Of a stretch of 64,000 nt of DNA, positions 38,903 to 49,502 are shown piece by piece. The notes beneath the pieces are model-generated. The model ran no database searches and was not told where the DNA came from. It was given only the letters and a program-made list of their open reading frames with translations. The stretch is from an uncultured virus (IMG/VR IMGVR_UViG_3300033153_002864). Lineage: Duplodnaviria > Heunggongvirae > Uroviricota > Caudoviricetes. Position 1 is the stretch's first letter. Each line of letters begins with the position of its first letter. The DNA lies in IMG/VR virus record IMGVR_UViG_3300033153_002864; one strand, 5' to 3'. A program made the translations under genes and the position numbers.

Positions 38903-41900
38903 ATGGCTACTTGTCCTAATAAATCACATCCAGATTGGAAAGCTCTTGTCGCTAAGGTAGGAGAAAAAGGCGCTAATTTAGCGTATGTAAAGAATGGATT
39001 TGAAATACCTCGTCAAGATGGGCTTAAACAAGCTCCAAAAAAGACTACAATAAGACCTAAGATGGGATTGTTTGGAAACTACTTTAAGTTTTCTAACACG
39101 ATGGATAGTTTAAATAATCATCCAGAGGTTGCTTCTAAGATGATTGATGAATTGAAAAAACTATTTCCTGAAGTTAGAGTTTTTAAAGATAAAATTGTTG
39201 ATGAGAATGGAAATTACTTAAATATACCTTCTGATAAACAAGGTAGGCACTACCGTAATGCTTTTTTATCAGCTGTTGCTTGGACTAATGATTCAGCAAT
39301 GGAAACTCCACCACACGAATACGCTCACGAATACATTGATATGTACCGTAACCATCCATTGGTTAAGAAAGCTATTGAGAAGTATGGGGAAGAGAAATTA
39401 GTTACACTTATTGGAAAGAAATATGCTGGACGTAAAATGTCTGGTTCATTCAATACATTCTTATCTGATTTTTGGAAGTTAGTTAGAAATACATTTGGTG
39501 CTCCTTCAATGGTTGATACCCTTACAGATTCGTTTGCTAAGAATGAAGTGTTGGGAGATCAATATAGTAGAGGTACGGAAGCTGTACATAATTATCAAGA
39601 AGCTAATAGTCCTTTGTTAGAAAAAAGTACTCCATTAAATTATGATGAAGATACAAGGAAAGCTACTGCTCCAATTAAGCACGCTACCAAAAGTGAAGTT
39701 GCAAATAATGTTACTAACTCATTCATAAATGATGTAAATGTTAATAGAGATTCTGATGTACTATCAGAAGAACTATCTACTTGGTGGTATCAATTAGTTG
39801 CAGAAGCTAAAAGAGTTACCGCTATGGACGATGGTAAGTCTGAATCATCCAATGTAGCTGCTATGGATAGCTCCAAAGTTGTTGCAGTAAATGAAGTTCT
39901 TACTGGAAATAAAGAAAATAGAATAGCTATTGTTTCAAAGATAAAGGGGGATGATATTAAATTAACTCCCGAACAACAAGCTGCTCTTGATCATATTTAT
40001 GATATATTCAAAGGTGTTGATTATAGAAAGAATACAACCAATGTTTCTTATATAAGTCCTGACCTTAAAAATCCAGAAGTAATTGGAGAAGAGATCATTA
40101 ACAGTAAAGGCATTACAGAGGTTGTTGAGAATGAAGAGAAGAAAGCAAAAAGATTAGCTTCTAAAAATAAAACAGTTCAATGGCTTGAGAAAAAGATAAC
40201 TCCTGCATTAAAGTTTGTTACCAATCCTAGATTATGGGCTAAGTATATTTCTGGAAGTGAAAATTCAGTAATATCTCGTGTACTGTATAAAGGATTAAAT
40301 GATGGTAGAGAAACCTTCTCTAAGTTTGCACATGGATTTAATAAGGATAAGTTTACAAGTAAACCTCAATCTTATTGGGATGGTTCTACATTTCACAATC
40401 CTAATGCATCTATAAGTGAATTGGAAACACAAACTTTTGAATTAGATAAAGCATTTAATGGAGATGTTGCCAATAAAAGTATCGAACTAACTAAGTCTGA
40501 GCTACTTATGATTTATTTAACGAGTAGACAGAAAGGTGGTATGTCTAATTTAAAGAAGGGTATTACGCTTACATCTATTGATGGTAGGGTATTGGAACGT
40601 TCTGATAAATATAAATTAACAGATGCTCAATTAAAAGGAATTATAGCTGATATAAAAGTTGATCCTCAAGCACAAGAACTTGTTGCTGAGATTGATGCTG
40701 CTATGGAATACAATCACGCAGAACTTAATCCTGTATTTAAAACATTGGAAGGTTTTGATTTAGATAAGATTGAGAATTATTTCCCAATGTTTCATGGTGA
40801 TGAGAATACATCTATTGGAAAGAGCAAAAATATTATTCAAGATATGCGTAATCTTAGATTAAGAAGTTCTGAGAATATGGCTGTTAGACTAGAAGATCCT
40901 TTCAAAGTCCTATCTGGTGTCCAATTATCTAACTCAGGTTACGTTGCTTATGCTATTCCAATACATAATGCTCAAAAGATGATTAAGGCTCTTAAAGCTA
41001 AGAGTTTGGACGTAAGAGATTCTGCTGATTACATTAACTATTTAGAGGATAATATAAATCAGATTCAAGATAACTCATTACTATACTCATCTCGTGCTGA
41101 TAGGAAAGGTGGAGCATTGTATAATAAACTAGCAGGTAATTACGCAGTAGCGTTGTTAGCATATAACCCAGGAGTTATATTTAAACAATCTGTATCGTTA
41201 GTTACAGCTGAAAGTGCTATTAATGGAAAGTACATTAGAAAGGCAGGTGCTAATCTTGGTCCAATATCTTTTATTAATCCAATGGATTTACTTAAAAGGT
41301 TAACGACAAGTGGTAATCAAACAATGCTTCCTGTTGAATGGAAACAAATTACAGACAATCCTACTTATGCTTTATTAATGAAGTACCCAATGTTTAGGGA
41401 TAGATTTGAGGGTATGGTTTCTAGAGAGACTGGTGAAGCTGTTGCAGGGAAACAACTTCATGATGATATGATTACAGTTCCTTTTAAGAAAGGTAAAGAT
41501 GGTAAGCCATTAAAGATTTCTAAGAGTAGGTTAATGACGGGTATTACAATGATGGATAGTTTAACTATTATGAGATTATTTGGAGCCGTTGAGTTAGAAA
41601 CTAAAGATAGAATGCACGAGCCGGGCTTTAGTAATTTAACAAAAGAACAAATCGAGTTACATAATATTAACAGACTTCAAGAAATTATTGATAAAACTCA
41701 ACCTACTTTCGATCAAACAAATCGAAGTGGTTTAGCTAAGAGTTCAAATCCTATATTGAGAGTAATGACTATGTTTAGTTCTGCTACTCAGAAGATTGCT
41801 GAACAGATGCTTGATTCTATTATTGATTACAACCAAAACCCTACGTCTCAGAATTTAAAAAAGTTAAGTAAGAGATTTATTGATACGGCAATTACAACAA

Positions 41901-42268
41901 CAGTTATGTTGGTTACTATTGATATTCTTTGGGCGATGGCTAAAGGTAATTGGGATGATGAGGATTTTGAAGCGATACCATCTAAGTATCTTGCAGGTAT
42001 GGCAACATCATCATTAGGTTCTTTTCATGTATTAGGTACGGCAGTAAAAGGTATCATATCCGAAATGGATAGTCAACCTTGGTCACAAACTGTTCAAGAT
42101 CCAGTTATAAGTATATTTCAAGAAGGGTATGGAAGTGTTTCTAATGCATTGAAAGGAAACTTTCTTAAAGCATTAAAGCAGTCGTTAAATGTAGTATTTA
42201 AGTCTACTGGTGTTCCTGTAACTCCATTAAACACTCCGATAAAGTATGCGGAGAAAATGCTTGAGTAA
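38903..42268 (+). CDS. large cargo/polyvalent protein with zincin motif
   Basis: HEYAH at 39314-39328; ENYFPM and KTQP motifs of large polyvalent virion proteins. Confidence 0.65.
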   Translation: MATCPNKSHPDWKALVAKVGEKGANLAYVKNGFEIPRQDGLKQAPKKTTIRPKMGLFGNYFKFSNTMDSLNNHPEVASKMIDELKKLFPEVRVFKDKIVDENGNYLNIPSDKQGRHYRNAFLSAVAWTNDSAMETPPHEYAHEYIDMYRNHPLVKKAIEKYGEEKLVTLIGKKYAGRKMSGSFNTFLSDFWKLVRNTFGAPSMVDTLTDSFAKNEVLGDQYSRGTEAVHNYQEANSPLLEKSTPLNYDEDTRKATAPIKHATKSEVANNVTNSFINDVNVNRDSDVLSEELSTWWYQLVAEAKRVTAMDDGKSESSNVAAMDSSKVVAVNEVLTGNKENRIAIVSKIKGDDIKLTPEQQAALDHIYDIFKGVDYRKNTTNVSYISPDLKNPEVIGEEIINSKGITEVVENEEKKAKRLASKNKTVQWLEKKITPALKFVTNPRLWAKYISGSENSVISRVLYKGLNDGRETFSKFAHGFNKDKFTSKPQSYWDGSTFHNPNASISELETQTFELDKAFNGDVANKSIELTKSELLMIYLTSRQKGGMSNLKKGITLTSIDGRVLERSDKYKLTDAQLKGIIADIKVDPQAQELVAEIDAAMEYNHAELNPVFKTLEGFDLDKIENYFPMFHGDENTSIGKSKNIIQDMRNLRLRSSENMAVRLEDPFKVLSGVQLSNSGYVAYAIPIHNAQKMIKALKAKSLDVRDSADYINYLEDNINQIQDNSLLYSSRADRKGGALYNKLAGNYAVALLAYNPGVIFKQSVSLVTAESAINGKYIRKAGANLGPISFINPMDLLKRLTTSGNQTMLPVEWKQITDNPTYALLMKYPMFRDRFEGMVSRETGEAVAGKQLHDDMITVPFKKGKDGKPLKISKSRLMTGITMMDSLTIMRLFGAVELETKDRMHEPGFSNLTKEQIELHNINRLQEIIDKTQPTFDQTNRSGLAKSSNPILRVMTMFSSATQKIAEQMLDSIIDYNQNPTSQNLKKLSKRFIDTAITTTVMLVTIDILWAMAKGNWDDEDFEAIPSKYLAGMATSSLGSFHVLGTAVKGIISEMDSQPWSQTVQDPVISIFQEGYGSVSNALKGNFLKALKQSLNVVFKSTGVPVTPLNTPIKYAEKMLE

Positions 42269-42313
42269 AAATAATTATGATAATCTATTAATAAATACTA
42301 TTTTTGTTTAGTT

Positions 42314-43222
42314 ATGAATTTCAATTTAAGTTTTAACATATCACAAGGAAATGACTGTTCATCAGTTACTATCTGCGATACAACTTGTTTAATAAACCAT
42401 TACGATAATTTTGATTGTTGTGATGGCTATGGTGTTGGTGACAATATTTCGAGAGATGATATTGATTTCACTCGTTTCAATTGGAAGATGCCAAATGGTT
42501 CAGAATACCTTGGTGTTAATTTACATTGGCAACCAGGTACTAGAGCAAAAGGTTCGTTTCAAGTTACTGCAGCAACTAGCGGAGTAATTGTTGCGGCTAT
42601 TGGTAGTGTTGTAATTGGACAAGCTATTTTCATAACTGACATTGCTACAACTGTAGGCTTACTTATTCAGAGCATCAATTCAATTGCATCTCAAACAGGC
42701 TGGCAAGCTTACTTAGCACCAAACACAACTGATACTATTGTTATCGAAGCTGTTAATTTAGGTGTTGAATATAACGGTAGAGATGTAAACATTTCCATTA
42801 GTGGAGATTTTGCTGTAACAATGATTACAGATCCAACTATAGGAGCCAATGGCTTTAATGATTGCATCTGTTTCAATATTAATAATATTTATGAATTAAG
42901 TGATGACTGTCCTCCAAATGAATTTCCAGATGGAGTACACGAAGTAACTTATATTTTATATAATGCGAATAGTGAAGAGATAGGTAGAAAAAAACAAAAT
43001 GTTCTATTTACCTGTTTATTAAAATGTATAATTAGGAAGCTTACACTTCTTACTGCTGAGGACAAGTGTGCTTGTTCAGACAAATTCGACAATAGACTTG
43101 TTGAATTGAGGTTAATGTTAGAGAAAGCAGAAATACAGATGGATGATTGTTTATACGATTGTGCAAATGAGACAATGATATTAGCCCACAAAATGGCTAA
43201 TGGAATATGTTTAGACTGTTAA
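42314..43222 (+). CDS. Cys-rich tail hub-like protein
   Basis: FPDGVHEVTY motif, Cys-rich C-terminus; precedes the fibres. Confidence 0.55.
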   Translation: MNFNLSFNISQGNDCSSVTICDTTCLINHYDNFDCCDGYGVGDNISRDDIDFTRFNWKMPNGSEYLGVNLHWQPGTRAKGSFQVTAATSGVIVAAIGSVVIGQAIFITDIATTVGLLIQSINSIASQTGWQAYLAPNTTDTIVIEAVNLGVEYNGRDVNISISGDFAVTMITDPTIGANGFNDCICFNINNIYELSDDCPPNEFPDGVHEVTYILYNANSEEIGRKKQNVLFTCLLKCIIRKLTLLTAEDKCACSDKFDNRLVELRLMLEKAEIQMDDCLYDCANETMILAHKMANGICLDC

Positions 43223-43231
43223 AACTAACAA

Positions 43232-43885
43232 ATGCCAATAATACCAATAAATACACCTAACCTTGCTGCTGACATAGTTCAGATAGCTGCGTTTGTAGTA
43301 GCGATAGAAGCGACTGCTCCAATTACAGTAGATACTTTCTTTAATCCTTGTTGGGCTTTAAAGCCAAGTGGAGATTGTGAAGCTTTGATACTTACAGATT
43401 TTACTGATTATCAAGCTATAACTCCAATTGATTTGAATGATGTATCTATTTCTGCTACATTTGGTTTCCTTTCAGATTGTGGTTGTGAGGTTGTGGTAGA
43501 TGATTGCGGAGTAAAAGTATTACTTCCAAATTCAATAACAACATACGACCAACTTACAAAGGATGGTGTGTTTTGTTCTGACCTTATAATAACTTATATA
43601 GATAATACTATACCTGCTAGTCCAATTACTTATACTAAGTCAGTAAAGGTTTCTTATGAGGTTGATTGTTGTGAAAAGAAATATAGAGAACTATCTTATA
43701 ATATCTGGGGAAAAATGTCTGACATATCTTGTTGTATTAACAGTTTGTCAAAAGTTGGTAGAAATATAAAAACATTAAAGAAATCTTATCTACAATTAAG
43801 CAATCTATTATGGTTGTATTACAACAGTATTGATAGTTGTAATGAAAGAGATAAAGTTTTTTGTATATTTAATAAAATAAAATAG
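43232..43885 (+). CDS. Cys-rich tail hub-like protein 2
   Basis: KDGVF motif, similar layout to the preceding gene. Confidence 0.5.
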   Translation: MPIIPINTPNLAADIVQIAAFVVAIEATAPITVDTFFNPCWALKPSGDCEALILTDFTDYQAITPIDLNDVSISATFGFLSDCGCEVVVDDCGVKVLLPNSITTYDQLTKDGVFCSDLIITYIDNTIPASPITYTKSVKVSYEVDCCEKKYRELSYNIWGKMSDISCCINSLSKVGRNIKTLKKSYLQLSNLLWLYYNSIDSCNERDKVFCIFNKIK

Positions 43886-43890
43886 AGATT

Positions 43891-44565
43891 ATGTGTCAAT
43901 GTAATAGTCAAAGTTGTGGATGTGTTCCAAAGGATTATACTTCAAGTTTAATCTATGATGGATTGGCGATTGCCTGTCCTGCATTTGGTGCAATAAAACC
44001 TAACTGTACAAGTTTAAATCAGTTCTTGGAATTGATAGCAACAGAACTTTGCAATGCTGCTGGTCCTCCGGGTGCTGACGGAGCCGATGGTGTTGATGGG
44101 GTAGACGGAATTGATGGCACGAATGGTACGAATGGTACAAACGGAACCAATGGAACTAATGGAATAGATGGAGTTGATGGTGTTGGAGGTATGGCTTATG
44201 AGCATTATGTGAGTACTGGAGAGAATGGATGGCCTAATGTCTTAACTGCTTTTGCATCTTTAACTCGTGTTGTTACTGGCTCTACTGGAAACTATCAAAT
44301 TCACGTTAATACTAATAGCTATATTCAAATAGATGGAAGTCCTTCTACCGTATCTTATTGGCAGTTATTTGTAAATGGTGTTATGGTGAGAAGTGTTGAT
44401 GTTCTTGATGCAACAAGTAATGCTTTTGAACAGATTCATGCTTCTTCAGTATCTTGGAGAGGAGCTGTATCAACAGGTCAAATTATCGAAGTTAAATTTT
44501 ATGCTGATTCGTTAGCTAATATAAACCTTCGTTCAAGTGATATATTAATAAATAAAGAATCTTAA
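43891..44565 (+). CDS. collagen-like fibre protein
   Basis: Cys-rich N-terminus, G-X-Y run, C-terminal beta domain. Confidence 0.75.
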   Translation: MCQCNSQSCGCVPKDYTSSLIYDGLAIACPAFGAIKPNCTSLNQFLELIATELCNAAGPPGADGADGVDGVDGIDGTNGTNGTNGTNGTNGIDGVDGVGGMAYEHYVSTGENGWPNVLTAFASLTRVVTGSTGNYQIHVNTNSYIQIDGSPSTVSYWQLFVNGVMVRSVDVLDATSNAFEQIHASSVSWRGAVSTGQIIEVKFYADSLANINLRSSDILINKES

Positions 44566-44567
44566 TT

Positions 44568-45104
44568 ATGTGTAAGAGTTGTGGAGTATCAGGGTGCAGT
44601 TGCACAAAAAAACGTCACTGTTCATCAGTTGATAAAGTATTAGTTCCCGGACCTGCAGGTGAAAATGGTGCAGATGGAGCGCAAGGAATACAAGGAATCG
44701 AAGGACCTGCGGGTGCGGGTGGTGGATTACAGTATGAACATTATTTCACAACACCTTTAGATGTTAATTGGGCTGAGTCCGAAACGGTTCAGCCTGAATT
44801 TAATCATACAGTAAGTGCTGATGGTAATTATCAGATTAGTTTAAATCTTAGAGCTAGTTGTTTGGGTAACGGCTTTCCTTGTCAGGGGAATGTTTCTTTA
44901 CACATTAATGGTCTTCAAGTAGATTTAGTTGTTGTAGCTATAACATCTATTTTATCTTTAGGGCAGCAAATTATTCTTGAAAATACAATATTTTGGAGAG
45001 GCGCTATGCTTAATGGACAAACAATTGAAGTTAAACGTTTAGCAAATGCAAACTCTTCAATAATATCTTCTCATGGTAATATGTTAGTAAATAGAGAATC
45101 TTAA
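44568..45104 (+). CDS. collagen-like fibre protein (paralogue of 43891)
   Basis: G-X-Y run; shared YEHY, GNYQI, WRGA..GQ.IEVK, N(K/R)ES. Confidence 0.75.
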   Translation: MCKSCGVSGCSCTKKRHCSSVDKVLVPGPAGENGADGAQGIQGIEGPAGAGGGLQYEHYFTTPLDVNWAESETVQPEFNHTVSADGNYQISLNLRASCLGNGFPCQGNVSLHINGLQVDLVVVAITSILSLGQQIILENTIFWRGAMLNGQTIEVKRLANANSSIISSHGNMLVNRES

Positions 45105-45117
45105 AAAAAATAAAATT

Positions 45118-46323
45118 ATGTGTGGATGTGGTTCAAATGTTAGTAATAGTTCAAGTGGTTGCGGTTGCGACACTTCTAATACTGGAGAATTAGTATTTGA
45201 TGGTTTATCTTTTGAATGCTTAAATGATTTACAAGAAGAGTTGTTTTCTGTATCTACAGGAGATAGCCTTAATAATGTATTACAAACAGTATTTACTCAA
45301 GTATGCATTTCTTTAAATCAAGTTGCTGCTGGTGCTGAACCTGCTGCTAAATGGTTTGTTGCTGCAGGAGATCCTGATGATGGACTTGGAGATGATGGAG
45401 ACATGTATTTAAATAATCTTAATAGTGATGTATCACAAAAAGATTCTGGTTCTTGGGGTCTTCAAGCAACTATTAAAGGCACTACTGGTACTGACGGAAC
45501 TAACGGCACATCTTTTAGATATGGAACAGGAACTCCGGCTCCTTCTCTTGGAGAGAATGGAGATGCCTATATTGATTTAGCTACTGCTCAAATTGATATT
45601 TGGACTAAAGCAGCAAGTGCTTGGAGCAATAGTGGATTAACCTTTAAAGGAGATACTGGTGCTAACGGAACTAATGGGGTAGATGGAACTAACGGAACTA
45701 ACGGTTCTGATGGTACTGACGGTTTAAGTTTTAGACAAGGAACTGGTGTTCCGGCTGGTGGGCTAGGTGTTGATGGAGATAGTTATTTAAACAATGATAA
45801 TGGAGATTTATATTTAAAAACAACTGGTGTTTGGAATATTACAAGTAATATTTTTGATCCTCCTATTGGGTTTGAATGGGCTTTTAATGCTGGAAAAATT
45901 ACACCTCAAAGTGTGATTGGTATTGATGATAGTGCTCCAATGTTGTTTTCTGACACAACTTCTCCTGGTCGTTATAGCTATGGTGGTTGGTTAGGTGGTG
46001 TTTATACTGCCCCTGCTGATGCTGATAATATTAAATTTGGAGGAATATTTAATCTTAAAGTAACTGGTGTTGATGGTGCTTTAGATAACGATGTTGATGT
46101 TGTTGTTAAAAAGAATGGAGTTTCGACTTATACGTTTACAATGCCAGTTCCTTCAGGAACACTTGATGATGTTATTATTCCCTTTAACTTTCTTTCTGGA
46201 GGAGTATTTATTTCTGCAGGAGAAATTTGGACATTGGAATTAGTAACTGCAAATGATCCTTCATATTCAACGTTTGTAGGAGAATTACAAGAAGGAAGTA
46301 TATTTTATAACCAACAAGGATAG
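45118..46323 (+). CDS. collagen-like tail fibre with GxGxP...GxDGDxY repeats
   Basis: Three repeat modules separated by G-X-Y runs. Confidence 0.75.
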   Translation: MCGCGSNVSNSSSGCGCDTSNTGELVFDGLSFECLNDLQEELFSVSTGDSLNNVLQTVFTQVCISLNQVAAGAEPAAKWFVAAGDPDDGLGDDGDMYLNNLNSDVSQKDSGSWGLQATIKGTTGTDGTNGTSFRYGTGTPAPSLGENGDAYIDLATAQIDIWTKAASAWSNSGLTFKGDTGANGTNGVDGTNGTNGSDGTDGLSFRQGTGVPAGGLGVDGDSYLNNDNGDLYLKTTGVWNITSNIFDPPIGFEWAFNAGKITPQSVIGIDDSAPMLFSDTTSPGRYSYGGWLGGVYTAPADADNIKFGGIFNLKVTGVDGALDNDVDVVVKKNGVSTYTFTMPVPSGTLDDVIIPFNFLSGGVFISAGEIWTLELVTANDPSYSTFVGELQEGSIFYNQQG

Positions 46324-46377
46324 GAATGTTGATTGAATTATTTAATTTAGTAAATTATTAACCAAAACATAAAGAAG

Positions 46378-46905
46378 ATGAATAATGTAAAAGAAAGTGG
46401 TAAAGAAAATGGATCAGCTGATCAACCAATGAATGAAGCAATTAAAACATGTGATACGATAACATTAGGAGAGCTTTACGGTTTAAGCCGTTCTGTTTTT
46501 GAGTTGTCAAGTAGTGTTCCTTCAATGAAGGGTAAAATTGTTTACGCTTTAACTAAAAATGAAGCTGTATTTGAAAAGCATTTAACAAAAGCTGATAATG
46601 ATAGAGCTGAGATGTTAAAGAAGTATGTTAAGTTAGATAAGGATGGTCGTTTTAAATATGTAGAATTTACAGAGAAAGAACAAGGAGAAGGTCAACAACC
46701 TGTACTTGATTACAAATCTGATAAAGATAAAAATACTGCAGCTACTAAGATTCAAAACTTTATGGAAGCTGAATTAGAAATTAATCTTCATAAGATTAAT
46801 ATTTCTGAATTTGAAAATTTAGATATTAATCCTGCAAGAAATACGAACATTGGTTTGTTTATTAAATATCTTGTTTCGGAGACACCAATCATTAGAATGA
46901 ACTAA
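46378..46905 (+). CDS. putative fibre assembly chaperone
   Basis: Helical charged protein following the fibres. Confidence 0.45.
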   Translation: MNNVKESGKENGSADQPMNEAIKTCDTITLGELYGLSRSVFELSSSVPSMKGKIVYALTKNEAVFEKHLTKADNDRAEMLKKYVKLDKDGRFKYVEFTEKEQGEGQQPVLDYKSDKDKNTAATKIQNFMEAELEINLHKINISEFENLDINPARNTNIGLFIKYLVSETPIIRMN

Positions 46906-46906
46906 G

Positions 46907-47395
46907 ATGGGAGAGTTAAAAATAGTTGTTAAAAGATTTGCCGATAACGGAAAAGCCTCTATGGGGCTTTTCTATATCGACGGTATTTTTGAAACATTTA
47001 GTATCGAAGATGAAGAAAGAGATGTTAAAGTAAAAGGGGAAACTAGAGTGCCTAATGGCATTTACGCTATCAATCTAAGGTCTGAGGGCGGTTTTCATGC
47101 AAGGTACGCTAAGAAGTACGGAGATATGCATAAAGGAATGCTTTGTATTCACAATGCTCCAAATTGGAAGATTGAGAAAGCAGGTATGACTTTTCAGTAT
47201 ATTCTCATTCATACAGGGAATACAGAAAAACATACTGCAGGTTGTTTATTATTAAACGATGCTGTTAGTGGTAAAACATTTAGCGGAAGCTCAAGTGTTG
47301 ATGCTTATAAAAGAGTTTACCCTAAGATAGCCCAGGCTATTTTGGATGGTAAAAAAGTTACGATTGAATACATAGACATTGAAGAGGGAAAGTAA
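46907..47395 (+). CDS. DUF5675-family protein (putative peptidoglycan hydrolase)
   Basis: KVKGETRVPNGIY and ILIHTGNTEKHTAGCLL signature. Confidence 0.8.
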   Translation: MGELKIVVKRFADNGKASMGLFYIDGIFETFSIEDEERDVKVKGETRVPNGIYAINLRSEGGFHARYAKKYGDMHKGMLCIHNAPNWKIEKAGMTFQYILIHTGNTEKHTAGCLLLNDAVSGKTFSGSSSVDAYKRVYPKIAQAILDGKKVTIEYIDIEEGK

Positions 47396-47437
47396 TTGAA
47401 TTAAAGAATACTACAATAATAAATAAAAGCAAACAAT

Positions 47438-48844
47438 ATGACACTAGCTGACGTTAGAAAAAAGATCAACCACTATGTGGAGACTGTAAAAATCAGAAAT
47501 AATGTTTCTGGGTATCGTTTAAATATAATATTAAATGATATACTTGACCTTGTTTCTGGCGGAGGAGGTGGAGATGGTATATTTGGTGGTAGTGGAACTG
47601 TACCTACATCTGTTGTTGCAGATATAACAGATAAACTTACGCTTGATGGTGCATTAGATGTTGGAACTTCTACTCCAACTACACCAATTTATGAAAATGA
47701 TTTTGAAAGTGGAACTTTAGGTGATTTTGTTACATCAGAAACAGGTGCAGCATCCCCTTGGGCTGTTGAAATTGGTACTGGTGTTGGTGGTGGAAACGCT
47801 GCTCGTTCAGGAGCTACTGGCAACAATGAAACTACATCAATCACTGTAACTAAAAGTACTGTAATAGCAGATTCATATTTACAGTTTGATTACGACTTAA
47901 GTACTGAAGATAGTTTTGATGGATTACAAGTATATATAAATGCTGTATTAGTTTTTAATTCGGTGACTTCTACTGTAGGATATGTATCAGTTCAATTACC
48001 AGTAACAGGAATAGGGGCAAAAACAATAGAATTTAGATATAGAAAAGATGGTGGCTCTGCTGGAGGATTGGATAGAGTTTTAATAGACAATGTTATATTG
48101 GTAGATAAAACTGTTGAGTTAGTTGCTTATAAGAATGCTGAATTTAAGAGCAATGTAGCTACAGCTGGTGAAACAAAGTCAGATACATTTACTGCTACTG
48201 GTACTGGTAAAACATCTACTTTACAAGATTTAGATGTTAATGCAGTATCAGGAGATAAATTTCAGGCAAGTATGGGTGATCCAGATTCCTCTTTTAATTC
48301 ACAAGGAATGTTTCAGGCTCTTTCTGGTTCTACTCCGTTAGGTGTTAATGAAGAACTTAGATGGTTTCGTTCACGACATGATCAAGCAGGTTTTAGAGCA
48401 GAAGTTAACGTAGTAGTAGATACTTCTACTGCCTACAATAGCGCAGGTGATGGGAATGCATACCCTAGATTAGAAATGATAGGTCCTGGTGGAGCTAACA
48501 TGATGCACCTTGTTGGTATAAGTAAAGCCAATGGTGCATCTTCTATACTTAGCAGGCTTCAAGTAGGGGTTTCTGCTCCTAATTTAGCTAATTTAGATAC
48601 GCATTATGTTAACGGTAACATTGCCGCTACTGATAGCCTTGATATTAATACAGGTGCTTTTAAAGCTAAAATAGTCGCTCCGGGAATTTCAGGTAGTACT
48701 AAAACAGTTACTCTTCCAAATGCAGACATGAATTTTTCAACAGCATTAACGGAAGTATTAACTTTTGGAGGCGGATCTACTGGAGATGTTGCAACGTTAA
48801 CTATAACTAATGGATTAGTAACAGAGAAGACATTAGTACCGTAA
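47438..48844 (+). CDS. fibre/receptor-binding protein with jelly-roll carbohydrate-binding-like domain
   Basis: YENDFESG...STEDSFDGLQVYIN...FRYRKDG...IDNV module; Gly linker. Confidence 0.6.
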   Translation: MTLADVRKKINHYVETVKIRNNVSGYRLNIILNDILDLVSGGGGGDGIFGGSGTVPTSVVADITDKLTLDGALDVGTSTPTTPIYENDFESGTLGDFVTSETGAASPWAVEIGTGVGGGNAARSGATGNNETTSITVTKSTVIADSYLQFDYDLSTEDSFDGLQVYINAVLVFNSVTSTVGYVSVQLPVTGIGAKTIEFRYRKDGGSAGGLDRVLIDNVILVDKTVELVAYKNAEFKSNVATAGETKSDTFTATGTGKTSTLQDLDVNAVSGDKFQASMGDPDSSFNSQGMFQALSGSTPLGVNEELRWFRSRHDQAGFRAEVNVVVDTSTAYNSAGDGNAYPRLEMIGPGGANMMHLVGISKANGASSILSRLQVGVSAPNLANLDTHYVNGNIAATDSLDINTGAFKAKIVAPGISGSTKTVTLPNADMNFSTALTEVLTFGGGSTGDVATLTITNGLVTEKTLVP

Positions 48845-48878
48845 AATAAGATAAATAGAAATTTTAAAATAAAACACA

Positions 48879-49502
48879 ATGAGTAAAGCTGATAAATTAA
48901 GAGAGACATTTGGTGGTTCAAAGTCTGATTCATTAAGAATTTGGGCTATTGATTTTCTTGAACAAATTAACACTGCCGTTGGTGGCGGTGGCGGTGGAGG
49001 CGGATTAGCTACTGAAGCAACTTTGATTTCAGTTTTAAATGCTGTTGTCTCTACTCAGCAAGACGTAGAAATTCTTTTAGTAAGAGATAATGGAAATGGG
49101 GGTTTAGTTGTTCAACAAATAACTGACTATTCGGGCGGTGCTCCAGTTGTTACATATAAAGATGTTAACGGAACTGTTTATGTTCCTGTTGGTCCAATAG
49201 AATATTTAGACCCTTCTGCTGTTCAGAATTTAATTCTTGCTGAATTAATTACAATGGCTACTCCGGTAACTGCTATTTCCACATCTTTAAGTGTTGTTAC
49301 TGTTGCTGGAGCAGCTTCTGTTGCTGCAGGTAAACGTTCAGTTTCTTTTATGGCATCAGGAGATGCTGATACAGAAGTTGATGGAGCGACATTAAAATCC
49401 GGATTATCTATTACCTATCCTTTATTAAGTGATAGAGATACTTACGATACGATACCTTATAATGCCTTAACTGGTGAATTAACAATTACAACTGTAGGAT
49501 AA
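48879..49502 (+). CDS. virion structural protein
   Basis: poly-Gly linker, LATEATL motif, fibre cluster. Confidence 0.55.
   Translation: MSKADKLRETFGGSKSDSLRIWAIDFLEQINTAVGGGGGGGGLATEATLISVLNAVVSTQQDVEILLVRDNGNGGLVVQQITDYSGGAPVVTYKDVNGTVYVPVGPIEYLDPSAVQNLILAELITMATPVTAISTSLSVVTVAGAASVAAGKRSVSFMASGDADTEVDGATLKSGLSITYPLLSDRDTYDTIPYNALTGELTITTVG

Noticed and set aside
9310..42268. Stop-codon reassignment as in some crAss-like phages
   Set aside because: Core genes are full length in the standard code, and TAG/TGA end genes cleanly elsewhere.
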